Shown here: one piece after another, positions 41,995 through 54,176 of the stretch
Layout of the letters: the number at the start of each line of letters is the position of its first letter
Position numbering within the stretch: position 1 is the first letter of the stretch
Assembly (NCBI RefSeq): GCF_964204645.1
Contig: NC_134028.1
Location: 19,227,653 to 19,291,652, forward strand
Direction of reading: 5' to 3'
Length of the DNA: 64,000 nt
Source: Tubulanus polymorphus
Lineage: Eukaryota; Animalia; Nemertea
The notes under the pieces: model-generated
Databases searched by the model: none
Seen by the model: only the letters and a program-made list of their open reading frames with translations
What the model was told of the DNA's origin: nothing
Made by a program: the position numbers and the translations under genes

Positions 41995-43330
41995 CGAGAA
42001 TTATTTATTGAAACAATCTAAAATATAAAAACACGACGTTTCGATCTCACACTAGAGATATCGTCAGGTGTGAGATATTAACTAGAAACAGGGGTATATA
42101 TAAACAGGAGAACAGGTTAATTGAGTAAATTGGTGAGTGAGTAACTAATTAGTGTTTGGCAAGGCATTGAGTAATGGAATTGTTGGGAGAAAAGCCATTA
42201 GTATAAATAATTTCGGCTTTATCAAAATTAAAACGATGACCAGTGTTCCAAACATGATTGGCTACACCACTAGCCGGTTTTTGATTTATTATATTCTTTT
42301 TGTGTTCCGAAATTCGAGTTTGTAAATCACGACCAGTTTCTCCAAAGTACATTTTATCACAGCCAAAACAAAGAATTTTGTAAACTCCGCAGTCCAAAGG
42401 TTTAGATTGATTGTTTTTTACCAAAGTCTTGCTAATTTTGTTTTCATACGTGAAAATTATTTGTTTATGCAATAATGGAGAGAATGACGAAATTTTTCCA
42501 AAACAGGTACATACGGAACTACAATGAATTCTGAAATGTGTTTTTTTTATTTTCTGGAGGTTTAGAGTTAAAGAAAGTACGTTTAGCCTTAGAAGTAGCG
42601 ATTTTCAAAATGTGATCAGGGTAAGCCAATTTTTTAAGAGAGTTGGATATGTGGTCAAATTCAGCCGAAAGGAAGGTTTCATCGCAGATCCGTAGTGCAC
42701 GGAGAAAGAGGCCTTGAGCTAGACCAATTCTGATTGATTTAGCAGTAAACGAAAAGAAATGGAGATGTCTCAGCGTTGATCGGTTTACGTTAGACTGAAA
42801 AAAACAAATTAGTGTATTTATTGTGGATTAGAACATCTAAAAATGGAATTTGGTCATTTTGTTCCCATTCAAATGTGAATTTCAAAGATGGATAGTGAGA
42901 GTTGATGAAGTCAATAAAAGAGTTAAGATCAAAATCATCAGAAACTAAGCACAGAGTGTCATCAACACATCTAATCCCACCGTTAGGTTTAGAGCCAGCG
43001 TAATTGGGAAGAATTTCGGATTCAAAATGTTAAAGGAAAAGATTAGCCAAAATGGGGGATAATGGGTTACCCATAGCGAAACCGAAAATTTGTTCATAGA
43101 ATTTGTCTTGGAATTAGAAGTATTGATTGGTTGTACAGAGCTCCAAAAGTTCAAGTTAGCAATCTACAGGAATCGGGAGATCAAGATTGGAGTCCGGGAG
43201 TTTTCTTCTTAATAAATTGAGAGTTGGTTCCAATGGTATATTTGTGAACAAGGATATAGCGTCGAAAGATATTAATTTTTGGCCATCAGGTTTGAGATTT
43301 TTGAGTTTGTCTAAAAGATCCTGTGTCGGC
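41995..43330 (-). mobile_element. 5'-truncated Penelope-like retroelement (RT + GIY-YIG), pseudogenised
   Basis: RT motifs LISFDAISLFTNIP, GFAMGNPLSPILANLF, RCVDD (from YVDD) and IPFLDVLI. GIY-YIG motif GVYKILCFGCDKMYFGETGRDLQTRISEH (42149-42472). The 3' region has a TATA-like run, a hammerhead and AATAAA. Confidence 0.9.
42031..42071 (-). ncRNA. minimal type I hammerhead ribozyme
   Basis: Minus strand reads ACAC-CTGACGA-T-ATCTC-TAGTGT-GAGAT-C-GAAA-CG-TC-GTGT. It has the CUGANGA and GAAA boxes, stem I ACAC/GTGT, stem II ATCTC/GAGAT and a 1-bp stem III with palindromic loop, the form known from Penelope pLTRs. Confidence 0.85.
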
Positions 43331-43836
43331 CTTATGCCGTATCCGTGTTTTAATTTAAACTGCAACGTAACTTTAACGTTAATTTGTTGGATGAAGATGT
43401 ACCCGGAAGTGGGGAAGACAAAGCACAATTGAAAAATAACAATAGCTCGTTCAAATCTATTTCAATCGTTTATCTGATTTGTTTACGAAGCAGGATTCTT
43501 TCAATGTGCGTTCCGTGACAGTTTATTCAATTGGATCAAGCAGTTTTCCCACGTAAGTCGAGCCGTAAAACGTCAAAATACAGCAATAATGTCGCAATCG
43601 TCCGCAACACCGTTAATACCTAAAACCTCAAAAGAAGCGAAACATTTAGGAGCTAACAAGAAGCGAAAGATCAATAATCTCCTGAAACAAATTAAACCAT
43701 TACTGGACTCTAGCGATGGCGTTCCCCACCACGAATTTAAACGTTATGCCAGTAATAGGGGTAATGGGCTTTCAAGCCAAAGGTCGAACGGTCGAGCTCA
43801 TTAAAAAACAAAACATTAAAAGTAATTAAAAACTGA

Positions 43837-46800
43837 GATTTTACTGAGAATAATGAGATTTTAGGCGAAGATTATTTTGATAAAGATAATGATAAGAAAC
43901 AGAAGACAATTAAAAGCATAAAAAATAAATTAAACAATAAAAGACCATATATGGAAGATGTAAGAAATTATATTAATTCATTAGATAATAAAAAAGATAT
44001 AGAGATAACCGAAGCATTTAAAAGTGATATTGGCCCAGCAGCTATCGAGTTTAAATTTCATAAAGGAAAAACATTAGAAGAAAATAAAAAACATTTAGAA
44101 AATATGAAAGAAATAATAAAAATAATTACTGATGTTGAATATCCTAAAATAAGTATATCTTCTAAAGTTAAATTCATCAAATCTGAAGATAAACCAATAT
44201 ATAATATAAATTCTCATTCACAACATATTATATCTAAACAACATATAGATGATAAATTAGATAAATGTTATAATGAAGTAAAAACTAAAATAGAAGAGAA
44301 ATATTTTGAAGGATCTGGTTTAATATTTGATGAAATAATATTTATGACTTTACATGTTTATAACACAAAATATAATAAGTTAACTAAATCGAAACCAATA
44401 GATGAAAATAATTTATCTTATTATAAAGATGATAGTATAAATGGAACAAGTTATATTAAACTACCATTTAAAACTAATGCTGTAATAAATGTACAAAATT
44501 TTGATAACAAATGTTTTCTATGGGCAATAATTAGTTGTTTACACCCAGTTGAAGATTATAAACAACATAGTTTTAGATTAACTCATTATAAACCATTTAA
44601 AAATAATTATAAGATAGATAAGTATCCTGTTATAATTAAAGACATCCCAAAAATAGAAAGAGATAATAATTTAAGAATAAATGTATTTGATTTAATCAAA
44701 TTACCAAATACAAAAGGTAACAACATAAAACATTATACATTAGAACCTTTATATCTATCAAAAGATTATGATTCAAACGATGTTATAGATATACTATATT
44801 ATGAGAATCATTATATGTGGATTAAACAAATCGATTTATTTTTTAAATCAGAAAATGATCACCATAAAATATATCTTTGTAGAAAATGTTTACATAGATT
44901 CAGTAATGAAAGTATATTATTAAATCATAAACAATTATGTGAAAATCATGATTATTGTAAATTAGTTTTACCAAATGAAAAGGATAAAATATTAGAATTC
45001 AAAAAATATGATTACAAAAATAAAGTACCATTTGTTATATATGGAGATTTTGAATCATTAAAAAAAAGAACTAACTGATCAAGATAGAAAAGAAATATAT
45101 TATAAAAGAAAGAAATTAAATTCTAATGAAAATGATTTTTCAGATGAACCACCAAAAACAAATACTATTAAAAAGATTCATCAATCAGCCGCAGCTTTCG
45201 GGTTATACATTAAATCTGATTATCCAGAACTAATTGAAAGTGAATATTATAATTATAGAAATGAAAATGTTATCAATCATTTTTGTGACTTATTAATTGA
45301 ATATGAAATAAGATTTAGTAAATTATTGAATACAAATATAGAAATTATAATGACAGAAAAAGATAAAGAAGAATTTGCGTTTTCAGGTAAATGTTATTAT
45401 TGTGAAAAGATATTTAATTATAAAGATAAAAAAGTAAGAGATCATGACCATTTGAATGGTAAATTTAGAGGTGCAGCGCATAAAAGTAAATTTTGTCCCC
45501 ATTATATTTCACAATTTATCGGGGTATGACGCACATTTATTTATCAAACAGTTATGTCATAAAATAGAAGAAATTAATAATGAAATAGAAATATTAAATT
45601 CAAATAGATCAAAAGATAAAATACCAACTTATAAATTTAGAATGTTAGCTAAAACATCTGAGAATTATATATCATTCCAATTTGGTTGCCTAAGATATAG
45701 ATATAGATTCATATAGATTTTTAAATAGTTCATTAGATAACTTATCAAAATCATTAGTTGATGATGAATTAAAGATCTTAAAAGAATATTACCCAAATAA
45801 TGATGATTTTCAATTAATGAGATATAAAGGAGCAATTCCATATTCTTTCTATAAAAATCATAATGATTTTAACATAACTGAATTATTAAAAGAACAATTC
45901 TATGATGAATTAAAAAATGAATATGTTAAAGATGAAGTCTATAATAGAACATTGAATATTTGGAATCATTTCAAAATAGAAAATCATGGGCAATTAGTAG
46001 ATTTATATCTAAAATCAGATGTATTATTATTAACCGATATATTCGAAAGGTTTAGAGATGTAAACCTAAAATATTTCAATATTGATCCTTGTCATTGTTA
46101 TTCATCACCAGGATTAACATGGGATTGTGGATTAAAATTTACAAATATAAAAATGGATTTGTTAACAAATATAGATCAATTATTATTATTTGAAAAATCT
46201 ATAAGAGGAGGAGTTTCAGGTGTATTAGGTGATAGATATTTCAATGTAAATGATAACCCTGGATATAAGTTATTATATATAGATGCAAATAATTTGTATG
46301 GTTGGGCAATGATGGAACCACAACCTTATGGAGTATTTGAAATAAGTGAAGTTTTACAGAATGAAAATAATGATAAATTTGATTGGAAGAAAAGAATTCT
46401 AGATATTGCAGATGATTCAGATACTGGTTACTTCTTTGTTGTAGACTTAGAATATCCTGAACATATTAAATTTAAATCTAGAAATCTAGCTTACTGTCCC
46501 GAACATTTAACTGTAGATGATAGTTATTTAAGTGAATACCAGAAGAAAATAAAACCGAAAGATCATGTTTTTACAGAAAAATTAATACTTACTCAAAATA
46601 ATAAATACAATTATATTGTTCATTATAGAATGTTAAAATTTTATCTAAAACAAGGAATGAAATTAAAGAAAGTACATAGATATATTGAATTTAATCAATC
46701 GAAGTGGTTAGAAAAATATATAGATTTCAATACTCAACAGAGAACAATATCAAAAACAGATTTCGAAAAAGATTTTTTTAAACTAATGAACAATGCATTC

Positions 46801-47616
46801 TATGGTAATACTTGTGAAAATATTAGAAATAGAAATGATATTGAGTTAGTTAGTAATGGTAAAAGAATTAGACATTTACAAACATATCCTAAGTTCATTG
46901 GTAACAGAATATTTGATGAAAATTTAGCCGCAGTTAAAATTAGAAGAACATCAATGAAATTTAATATACCAATCTATGTTGGCGCTTCAGTTTTAGAATT
47001 ATCAAAATTACTAATGTATGAATTCTATTATAATGTATTACAACCACTTTTTGGAGAAAAACATATAGAAATATTATATTTTGATACCGATTCTTACATA
47101 TTAAAGATAAAAACTGATAACATAACTGATGATTTAAAAACATTAAAGCATCATTTTGATTTTAGTAATTATCCTAAAGATCATGAATTGTTCAGCAATG
47201 ATAATAAAAAAGTTCCAGGGAAGTTTAAGGATGAATTAGGTGGTGAAGAAATGATAGAGTTCATAGGTATTAGATCTAAAATGTATTCATATAAAACTAA
47301 AGAACATGAAGCTAAAAAGTTAAAAGGAATAACCAAAAGTGTAGTAGAAAAGAATATTCATTTCAAAGATTACATCAATTGTATATTCAATGAAGAAGTT
47401 AGAAAACATAAGATGAGATGTTTAAGATCTGATGATCATGAAATGTTTATTGAAGAAATTGAAAAGATAAGTTTAAACCCATTTGATGATAAAAGATATA
47501 TTTTAGATGATGGAATTCATACAGCTGCTTATGGTTGTAATTTAGATGAATACTTAAAATTTAAAAGAGAAGAAACAAAAGAGAACGAGATAATGAAAAG
47601 AATTCTAACGTGTTAA
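43837..47616 (+). pseudogene. protein-primed family B DNA polymerase (pPolB), frameshifted and 5'-truncated
   Basis: ExoI YGDFES, endonuclease-VII-like CYYC..VRDHDHLNGKFRGAAH, ExoII FHNLSGYDAH, ExoIII YLKSDV, PolA YIDANNLYG, PolB KLMNNAFYG, PolC YFDTDS. Frameshifts near 45061, 45485 and 45700. The C-terminal 599-aa ORF (45817-47616) is intact. Confidence 0.95.
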
Positions 47617-47645
47617 TCAAATTTTAATAAAAATATGTTATTAAA

Positions 47646-47958
47646 ATGGAGAGTAAACAAGCTCAAATATAATACCTTTTACACACTTTTATATTTATTG
47701 CAATTTAATCGATCCTACAAAAACATTCGAAGCAACTAAAGAAACAATTTGTAGTTCTAGTATACTAAATATTTTACCGCTAAAAAATGTTAAACAATTT
47801 GGAACTCAAATAAATTATAATTTAACAGAATGTGATTTTAAACCTTGCATTCCTAAATTTAATAATTTTAATTAGAAATAAGAAATCATAATGGATACTT
47901 AATTGATTTAAATAATTTCCCTGTAATTTATGAATTAGTTATAAGATGTAGAGAGTAA
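47646..47958 (+). pseudogene. short minor-capsid (penton)-like ORF with two frameshifts
   Basis: Joined reading: MESKQA/NIIPFTHFYIYCNLID...SILNILP...FGTQINY...FKPC...FNNF/LEIRNHNGYLIDLNNFPVIYELVIRCRE*. The pattern resembles the C-terminal strands of Polinton pentons. Not in the ORF track. Confidence 0.55.
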
Positions 47959-47959
47959 T

Positions 47960-48415
47960 TTTTTTCAACTAATATATGAACAAGTTTTAAAATAATAAAG
48001 GTTATTTATTATTACTGAGGTTTCAATATAAATTTAAAAAAGAAATATAATTTAAAACATTTTCAAATAATATATATTAAATACGTATTAGATACGTATT
48101 AGATACGTATTAGATACGTATTAGATACGTATTAGATACGTATTAGATATGTATTAGATACCTTAATACTTAAAACCCCTTTTTTAAAGTAAATATTATT
48201 CATATAATTTTCAACCAATTTATTTTTATTTTTTTCAACTAATATATGAATAAGTTTTAAAATAATAAAGGTTATTTATTATTACTGAGGTTTCAATATA
48301 AATTTAAAAAAGAAATATAATTTAAGGCATTTTCAAATAATACGTATTAGATATGTATTAGATATGTATTAGATATGTATTAGATACCTTAATACTTAAA
48401 ACCCTTTTTTTATTT
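47960..48415. repeat. duplicated viral non-coding block with an 11-bp VNTR (TAYGTATTAGA)
   Basis: Two direct copies (~47960-48185 with 7 units; ~48230-48412 with 4 units) between convergent genes. Confidence 0.9.
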
Positions 48416-48445
48416 ACTATTATTTTATACAATTTTCAACCTTTA

Positions 48446-49356
48446 TTACTTTCTGAGTGTTAGATAATTACTTTCTGAATCACTTTCATCATCACTCTCC
48501 AATTCATTATCAGACCCTAACAGTTTATTCAAATGCTCTACCGAATCTACATCAATAATTGGTTTATTGATATACTTATTAGTCATCTCATTTATATCAT
48601 CAATAGTTGTTTTATTGTTATACTTATTCATCCAATCAAATTTATCACTATTTTCTACTTTATGTTTCATAGAATCTTTATTATCAATATGCTTATCTGT
48701 AACTATATCACCATGTGGGTGCCGTATGGCACCATTTTCATTATCATCTTTCTTAGTGTTTGACCTTAATATTGTATTTACAATGCTTGATTCTAGTATT
48801 GATTCTATATTTTTAGCAGCAGATAAATCTAATTCATCATTACTAGGTTCCTTAGATAAAAATTCACCTAATAAATCTTTATATAAATCTTTGCCGTCTA
48901 CTTTTTTATTTGAAACAAATTTTGTAACATAATTAAATGGGTGTTCTATAAATTCTTTTAAACCAACACGATCTATAACATTAATAATATGTGAATTTGT
49001 ATTCATATGATTATTCCAATTTGATGGAGCGTTTGAAAATTCACCTTTACAATAGCACAATAATTTCTATTTTCACTAACATCTAATATCATTTTATTAT
49101 TAGATGTAGTAGGTATTATATTATTAGATGTAGTAGGTATTACTGTAGTAGGTATTACATTATTATCAATTACATTACTTAAATTATCAACAACTTCACT
49201 CTTATTATTATCGATTTCTATTAGTTTAGTTTTATAAATTTTGAAAATAGGATCAAATATCAAAGCTATATTACAAGGTATTACATAATATAAACCATCA
49301 TTATTTTCATGTGTATCGATGTATGGAATATGTTTATATACTTTACCTCCTTCCAT
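48446..49356 (-). pseudogene. ~300-aa viral protein with a C2H2-like zinc finger and acidic tail, one frameshift
   Basis: ORFs 49003-49356 and 48446-49060 overlap. Joining them gives NYC/YCKGEFSNAPSNWNNHMNTNSH. Start is in TAAATG. Confidence 0.6.
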
Positions 49357-49388
49357 TTATTATATATATTTTTATTAAAGTTAAAATT

Positions 49389-50636
49389 TTAATACATAAC
49401 ACTATTTAATTGAGAATTTACAATATTTAATTGCGCGTCAGATATAATATAAATGTGCATTTTAAAATTTTTGATTCCTTTATTCTTTGTCATGAATAAT
49501 TGTATTCCATCTTTAGTGTTTTGTAATTTTTTTCCAGAACCATGTAATGAATTATCCTCTGTTGTTCTAAAATCTAACCATAATGCGTATTTATTACCGG
49601 TATAATAATCAATTTGATTAATGTTACAATTTTCAAATGATTTTACTTTTTCATTCATAAAATGTTTTCTAATTTCTGGCCATTGATCAATCATTCTCAT
49701 TCCTTGACAAAATATTTTATTTGCTATTCCTTCGATAGTTATTTCTACTTTTGTTATTTCAGGATTATAATAATTATCAACATTTATTGCGCCATTAGTA
49801 TATGTTGCAATGGTAAAAAATATTAATATGCCTTTAATAGATCTTCTTGGGAAGTTAATATTCTCATTAATAATTTCATCATTTGCATTAATAGTTACGG
49901 TTTTAAATTTATCAATATAATCATATAATAATGAAAATCCTTGATTGTATTTAGTTTGAATTATACTTGAAATATTTTCATCAGTTACTGTGTCATATTC
50001 TAAACATATATTCGATAATTTATAACTCATATCTTTAACAACGCTAGATAATACAATTTCATTTACAGGAGCAAATGTTATCTCAAATATAATATCTTCT
50101 TGAATTGCGTATTTATATAAAGGTGCATTATTATTTATCAATTCAAAGTCTAATGGAATTTTATATTTGCTTCCATATATACTTTTTATCAATTTATCTA
50201 CAGCATTAGTTAATATTGCGCTATTAGCTTCTGATCTTAATTTATTTTGGTTTTCTGATTGGATGCCTTGAAATATCTTATTATTTCTATTTTCTTTTGT
50301 TAACCATAAATCTTTATAATGCATAAATAAATTATAATCATCTAATGAGAAAACTGTTTCTGGACCAATCTTTATTGTTAACTTTTTAATCAAATATCTT
50401 CCAACATTATCAACAACATAATTATTATTATTACCGATTACTTTTATATCAGCCGATAAATAAATACTATTTGGAACATAAAAAGTATTTTGTGTTAATC
50501 TAGGAATTCTAACATATAAAGTTTCATCGGGATTAATATTAGAAGGGTTATGAGTAATTATATGATGTGATCTTTCTGCTTTAATAGCATTAGATATTCT
50601 ATGATTCTTAGAAGGATTGATATAACTCCCACTCAT
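49389..50636 (-). CDS. major capsid protein copy A (predicted double jelly-roll), intact 415 aa
   Basis: Size, beta-strand-rich pattern (LYVRIPRL, IIFEITF, LSNICLEYD, KYALWLDFRT, DGIQLF, MHIYIISDA) and Polinton context. Start is in TAAATG. Confidence 0.8.
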   Translation of the reverse strand: MSGSYINPSKNHRISNAIKAERSHHIITHNPSNINPDETLYVRIPRLTQNTFYVPNSIYLSADIKVIGNNNNYVVDNVGRYLIKKLTIKIGPETVFSLDDYNLFMHYKDLWLTKENRNNKIFQGIQSENQNKLRSEANSAILTNAVDKLIKSIYGSKYKIPLDFELINNNAPLYKYAIQEDIIFEITFAPVNEIVLSSVVKDMSYKLSNICLEYDTVTDENISSIIQTKYNQGFSLLYDYIDKFKTVTINANDEIINENINFPRRSIKGILIFFTIATYTNGAINVDNYYNPEITKVEITIEGIANKIFCQGMRMIDQWPEIRKHFMNEKVKSFENCNINQIDYYTGNKYALWLDFRTTEDNSLHGSGKKLQNTKDGIQLFMTKNKGIKNFKMHIYIISDAQLNIVNSQLNSVMY

Positions 50637-50656
50637 TTATTTAACAAAAAAATTAA

Positions 50657-51757
50657 TTATTTATTTTTTGATATCATGTTTACTAATCCAAAAATAATAG
50701 CACTTACAACAGTTATTAAAAATAAAATAATATGTTCAGCAGCAAAGTTAATAATGTTTCCTGCAGATTTCAATATAAAACCAACAATTGAAGCAATAAC
50801 TCCAGGTAAAGCTGCAGCAGATTTTTTAGATAGTTCCCATAAATATTTTGCTAATTTCTTTAAACCATCTTTAACTTTATCTTGTATAGAATTATTACCT
50901 GGGGGTTTATTGGGAGTGGGAGTAGGAGTAGATTTCAAAGCATTTGATATAGCTAAACCAATTGTTGTAAATAACATAGTTACAGCTGTTAGAATTGAAA
51001 GAATTGTTATACCTTCTAGTTTAAATAATAATTGTATTCTATCTTTTAATGATATTTCGGAATTTGGTTTAATCAACAAATCTTTAAAAATAACTTTTAT
51101 CTATTAATATTATAATCATATGATTTTAATAATAATTTAATTTCTTCTTTTTGTAATTCTATGTTATATTCTAAATCATCAATTTCTTTTTCTAAATATG
51201 CATTTCTTTTTTAAATTCAATTTCTTCAATAACTTTATTATCTCTATCTAATTTTAATTGTTCTATTTCTTTATCTTTATCAGTTAATTCTTTTTCTAGT
51301 TTCTAAATTTTAAAATCTCTTATACTTTTATCATGCGCAATTTTATCAGATGCATTTCTTATACTAATAATTTCTCTTATTGCTTTATCAGAAAATATAT
51401 CTAAATCTTCAAATTCTTGATCTGTTGCATCAATTAATCCATTCGGTAAAAGTTTTTCAATTGAAACTTTATTTGATTTAAGTTTACTAGTTTTGGAAGT
51501 TATATTCTGTTCAGAAGTTGTTTCTGTTTCTAAATTATTATCGATTGTTTCAAATAATTCATTAATTCTTTGTTTAAATACTCTTTCATTTTTAATAATT
51601 TCTTCTTGTGTTACATCTTCTATTTCATTACTATTTCTTATTCTTTTAATTCTAGATAGGTCTAACTTAAGCAAAGTTGATTCTGCTAATATTTTGTTTT
51701 TTTTTTATAAGAGATATCAATATAATAATCATCTTTCAAATCTTTCATTTCTAAAAA
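50657..51757 (-). pseudogene. coiled-coil plus C-terminal multi-TM protein, copy A, 5'-truncated
   Basis: ORFs 51303-51674 and 50657-51079 are collinear and highly similar to 54510-55622. Hydrophobic segments ITILSILTAVTMLFTTIGLAI and IILFLITVVSAIIFGLV. Confidence 0.75.
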
Positions 51758-52368
51758 AATACTAGAATCAAGCATTGTAAATACAATATTAAGGTCAAAC
51801 ACTAAGAAAGATGATAATGAAAATGGTGCCATACGGCACCCACATGGTGATATAGTTACAGATAAGCATATTGATAATAAAGATTCTATGAAACATAAAG
51901 TAGAAAATAGTGATAAATTTGATTGGATGAATAAGTATAACAATAAAACAACTATTGATGATATAAATGAGATGACTAATAAGTATATCAATAAACCAAT
52001 TATTGATGTAGATTCGGTAGAGCATTTGAATAAACTGTTAGGGTCTGATAATGAATTGGAGAGTGATGATGAAAGTGATTCAGAAAGTAATTATCTAACA
52101 CTCAGAAAGTAATAAAGGTTGAAAATTGTATAAAATAATAGTAAATAAAAAAAAGGGTTTTAAGTATTAAGGTATCTAATACATATCTAATACATATCTA
52201 ATACGTATCTAATACGTATCTAATACGTATTTAATACATATCTAATACATATCTAATACGTATTATTTGAAAATGCCTTAAATTATATTTCTTTTTTAAA
52301 TTTATATTGAAACCTCAGTAATAATAAATAACCTTTATTATTTTAAAACTTATTCATATATTAGTTGA
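51758..52368 (+). repeat. inverted copy of 48235-48800
   Basis: Encodes the same peptide (MKHKVENSDK...SNYLTLRK) on the opposite strand, plus the non-coding block with 8 VNTR units instead of 4. Confidence 0.93.
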
Positions 52369-52817
52369 TTCCTCATGATATAAATAAAACTAAATTAAAA
52401 ATATATTTAGAAAAACAAATATTAGAATTTGAAAGTGACTTAAAAGTTAAAAAGAAAAAATATTTAAAATCTAAAATTATATATTATTTGATTATAAGTG
52501 GTTCGGTTACAATTAGTTCTGTAATAACATTTCTAGCAATATTAAGTCCATTAACACCTTTAGCTATATCAATTGGTGTATTAGGATTAAGTTCAAGTGT
52601 TTTAACTGGTATACCAATTGGTGTATTAGGATTAAGTTCAAGTGTTTTAACTGGTATAAGTTCAAAATTAAATATAAAAAGTAATAAAGAATAAATTAAA
52701 ACTAATATAAAAGAAATTAATAAATTAAAGAATACACTAGATTATATAATAAGTTTAAATGGCCATATAACAGTTGAAGAACAAGATAAATTATTAAAAG
52801 AATTAATAAATTATTAA
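52369..52817 (+). pseudogene. two-TM viral membrane protein lacking its start codon
   Basis: Basic N-terminus followed by two hydrophobic helices. In-frame 45-bp duplication (IGVLGLSSSVLTGI twice). Stop at 52692, after which the frame continues IKTNIKEINKLKNTLDYIISLNGHITVEEQDKLLKEL. Confidence 0.6.
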
Positions 52818-52833
52818 TTTTTTAATTAAATAA

Positions 52834-54155
52834 ATGGTAGATAGTTTTCCAAAAGCTTTCCAATATAATAAATCAATTAAATATAATATTCCTGCAATAG
52901 ATTTTAATAAAGATATTACATATAGAAATGAAGTTTTAGATTCATTAATTGATTTATATATTTATGTTACTGAAAGTAATAATTTTCATGTAAAGATGGA
53001 AAATATATTTCATGTGTATACAATTAATTTCAAAAATTTAAATGAGGCAAAACAATGGTTATTAAAATCTAATATGAAGTATTGGCAGAACCAATTAAAT
53101 TTTGCTGTTTATTGCGCAACAACAGGATGTGGAATTAGTTGGAATGATCATTTAAACAAACCAAGTTTACCATTGATGTTATCACTTTTTAGATTTCATA
53201 CATATTTTCAAATAAAATTAATATTAGATGAATTAGAATGTCCTTTACAAGGTTCAAAATATTTTAAAGAATTGAATAATAATATTAATTTTTCTAAGTT
53301 TTATAAAATATGTAATGAATTTAATATTAATTCAAATAAAGATTTTAGAGCAAAAATTGGAACAATGGGTGGATTAGGAATATTGTATACTAAAGAATTT
53401 GGAAAAATAATGACAAATTCAGATATAAGAACACTAAATTGGAATGAATTACCAAAATATTATATAATAATATACAACAACAAAACAATAATGGTTGGGT
53501 TAATTTCATTTTAGAAAATAGTGAAGGTTTTACTAAAGCTGGAATACAAAGAATAAATCAATCTATTAGAACTTATTTGATATGTATTTTAGGCGCGCAA
53601 GTTGAAACAAGATCCCCAATAATTGGAAATGATAACACTTCATTCGATGCGCAGAAACAATTCAAAGTATTATTTGAAGATTCAATTCATAATGATAAAA
53701 ATAGGTCGATTCCAGAAAACATTGTAAGATATCAAAATTATCTAGATAAATCACATATTAGATTAAATTATTGTATAGGCCCTAATTTATTAATTATTTC
53801 TAATGATTTAGTATTAAAGATGGGAAACATAATTGGTTATAATAATCTAATTAAAACTGCAACAATAAATAATTCATTTGGATTAAATGATATAAATAAA
53901 AAGATTATTACTGCTCCAAAATTAATGGAAGGCGAAAAAATAAAAAACATATTCAATCAACAGAAACTAAAACTAAGAATATTAAATTGGATAATGATTC
54001 CAAAATAAAAGATTACGATACTACAGAAAATATTAGAACTGATAATATTCAACATGATATAATTAAACTAAATGATGATAATAAATCCCATGAAAATACT
54101 AAATTAGCTTTAACTTGTATAGGAATTGTTATAGGAGGAATATTGTATTTTAAAT
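52834..54155 (+). pseudogene. uncharacterised viral protein (~430 aa) with C-terminal TM, frameshifted
   Basis: ORFs 52834-53514 and 53577-54008 are linked by ENSEGFTKAGIQRINQSIRTY. Tail reads KLALTCIGIVIGGILYF. Motif WQNQLNFAVYCATTGCG. Start is in TAAATG. Confidence 0.65.
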
Positions 54156-54176
54156 TTTAACTTTTTTATTATGTAA

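Noticed and set aside
45055-45080. Programmed ribosomal frameshift in pPolB at the A-run
   Set aside because: Similar homopolymer indels break many genes in the element; decay or sequencing error is simpler.
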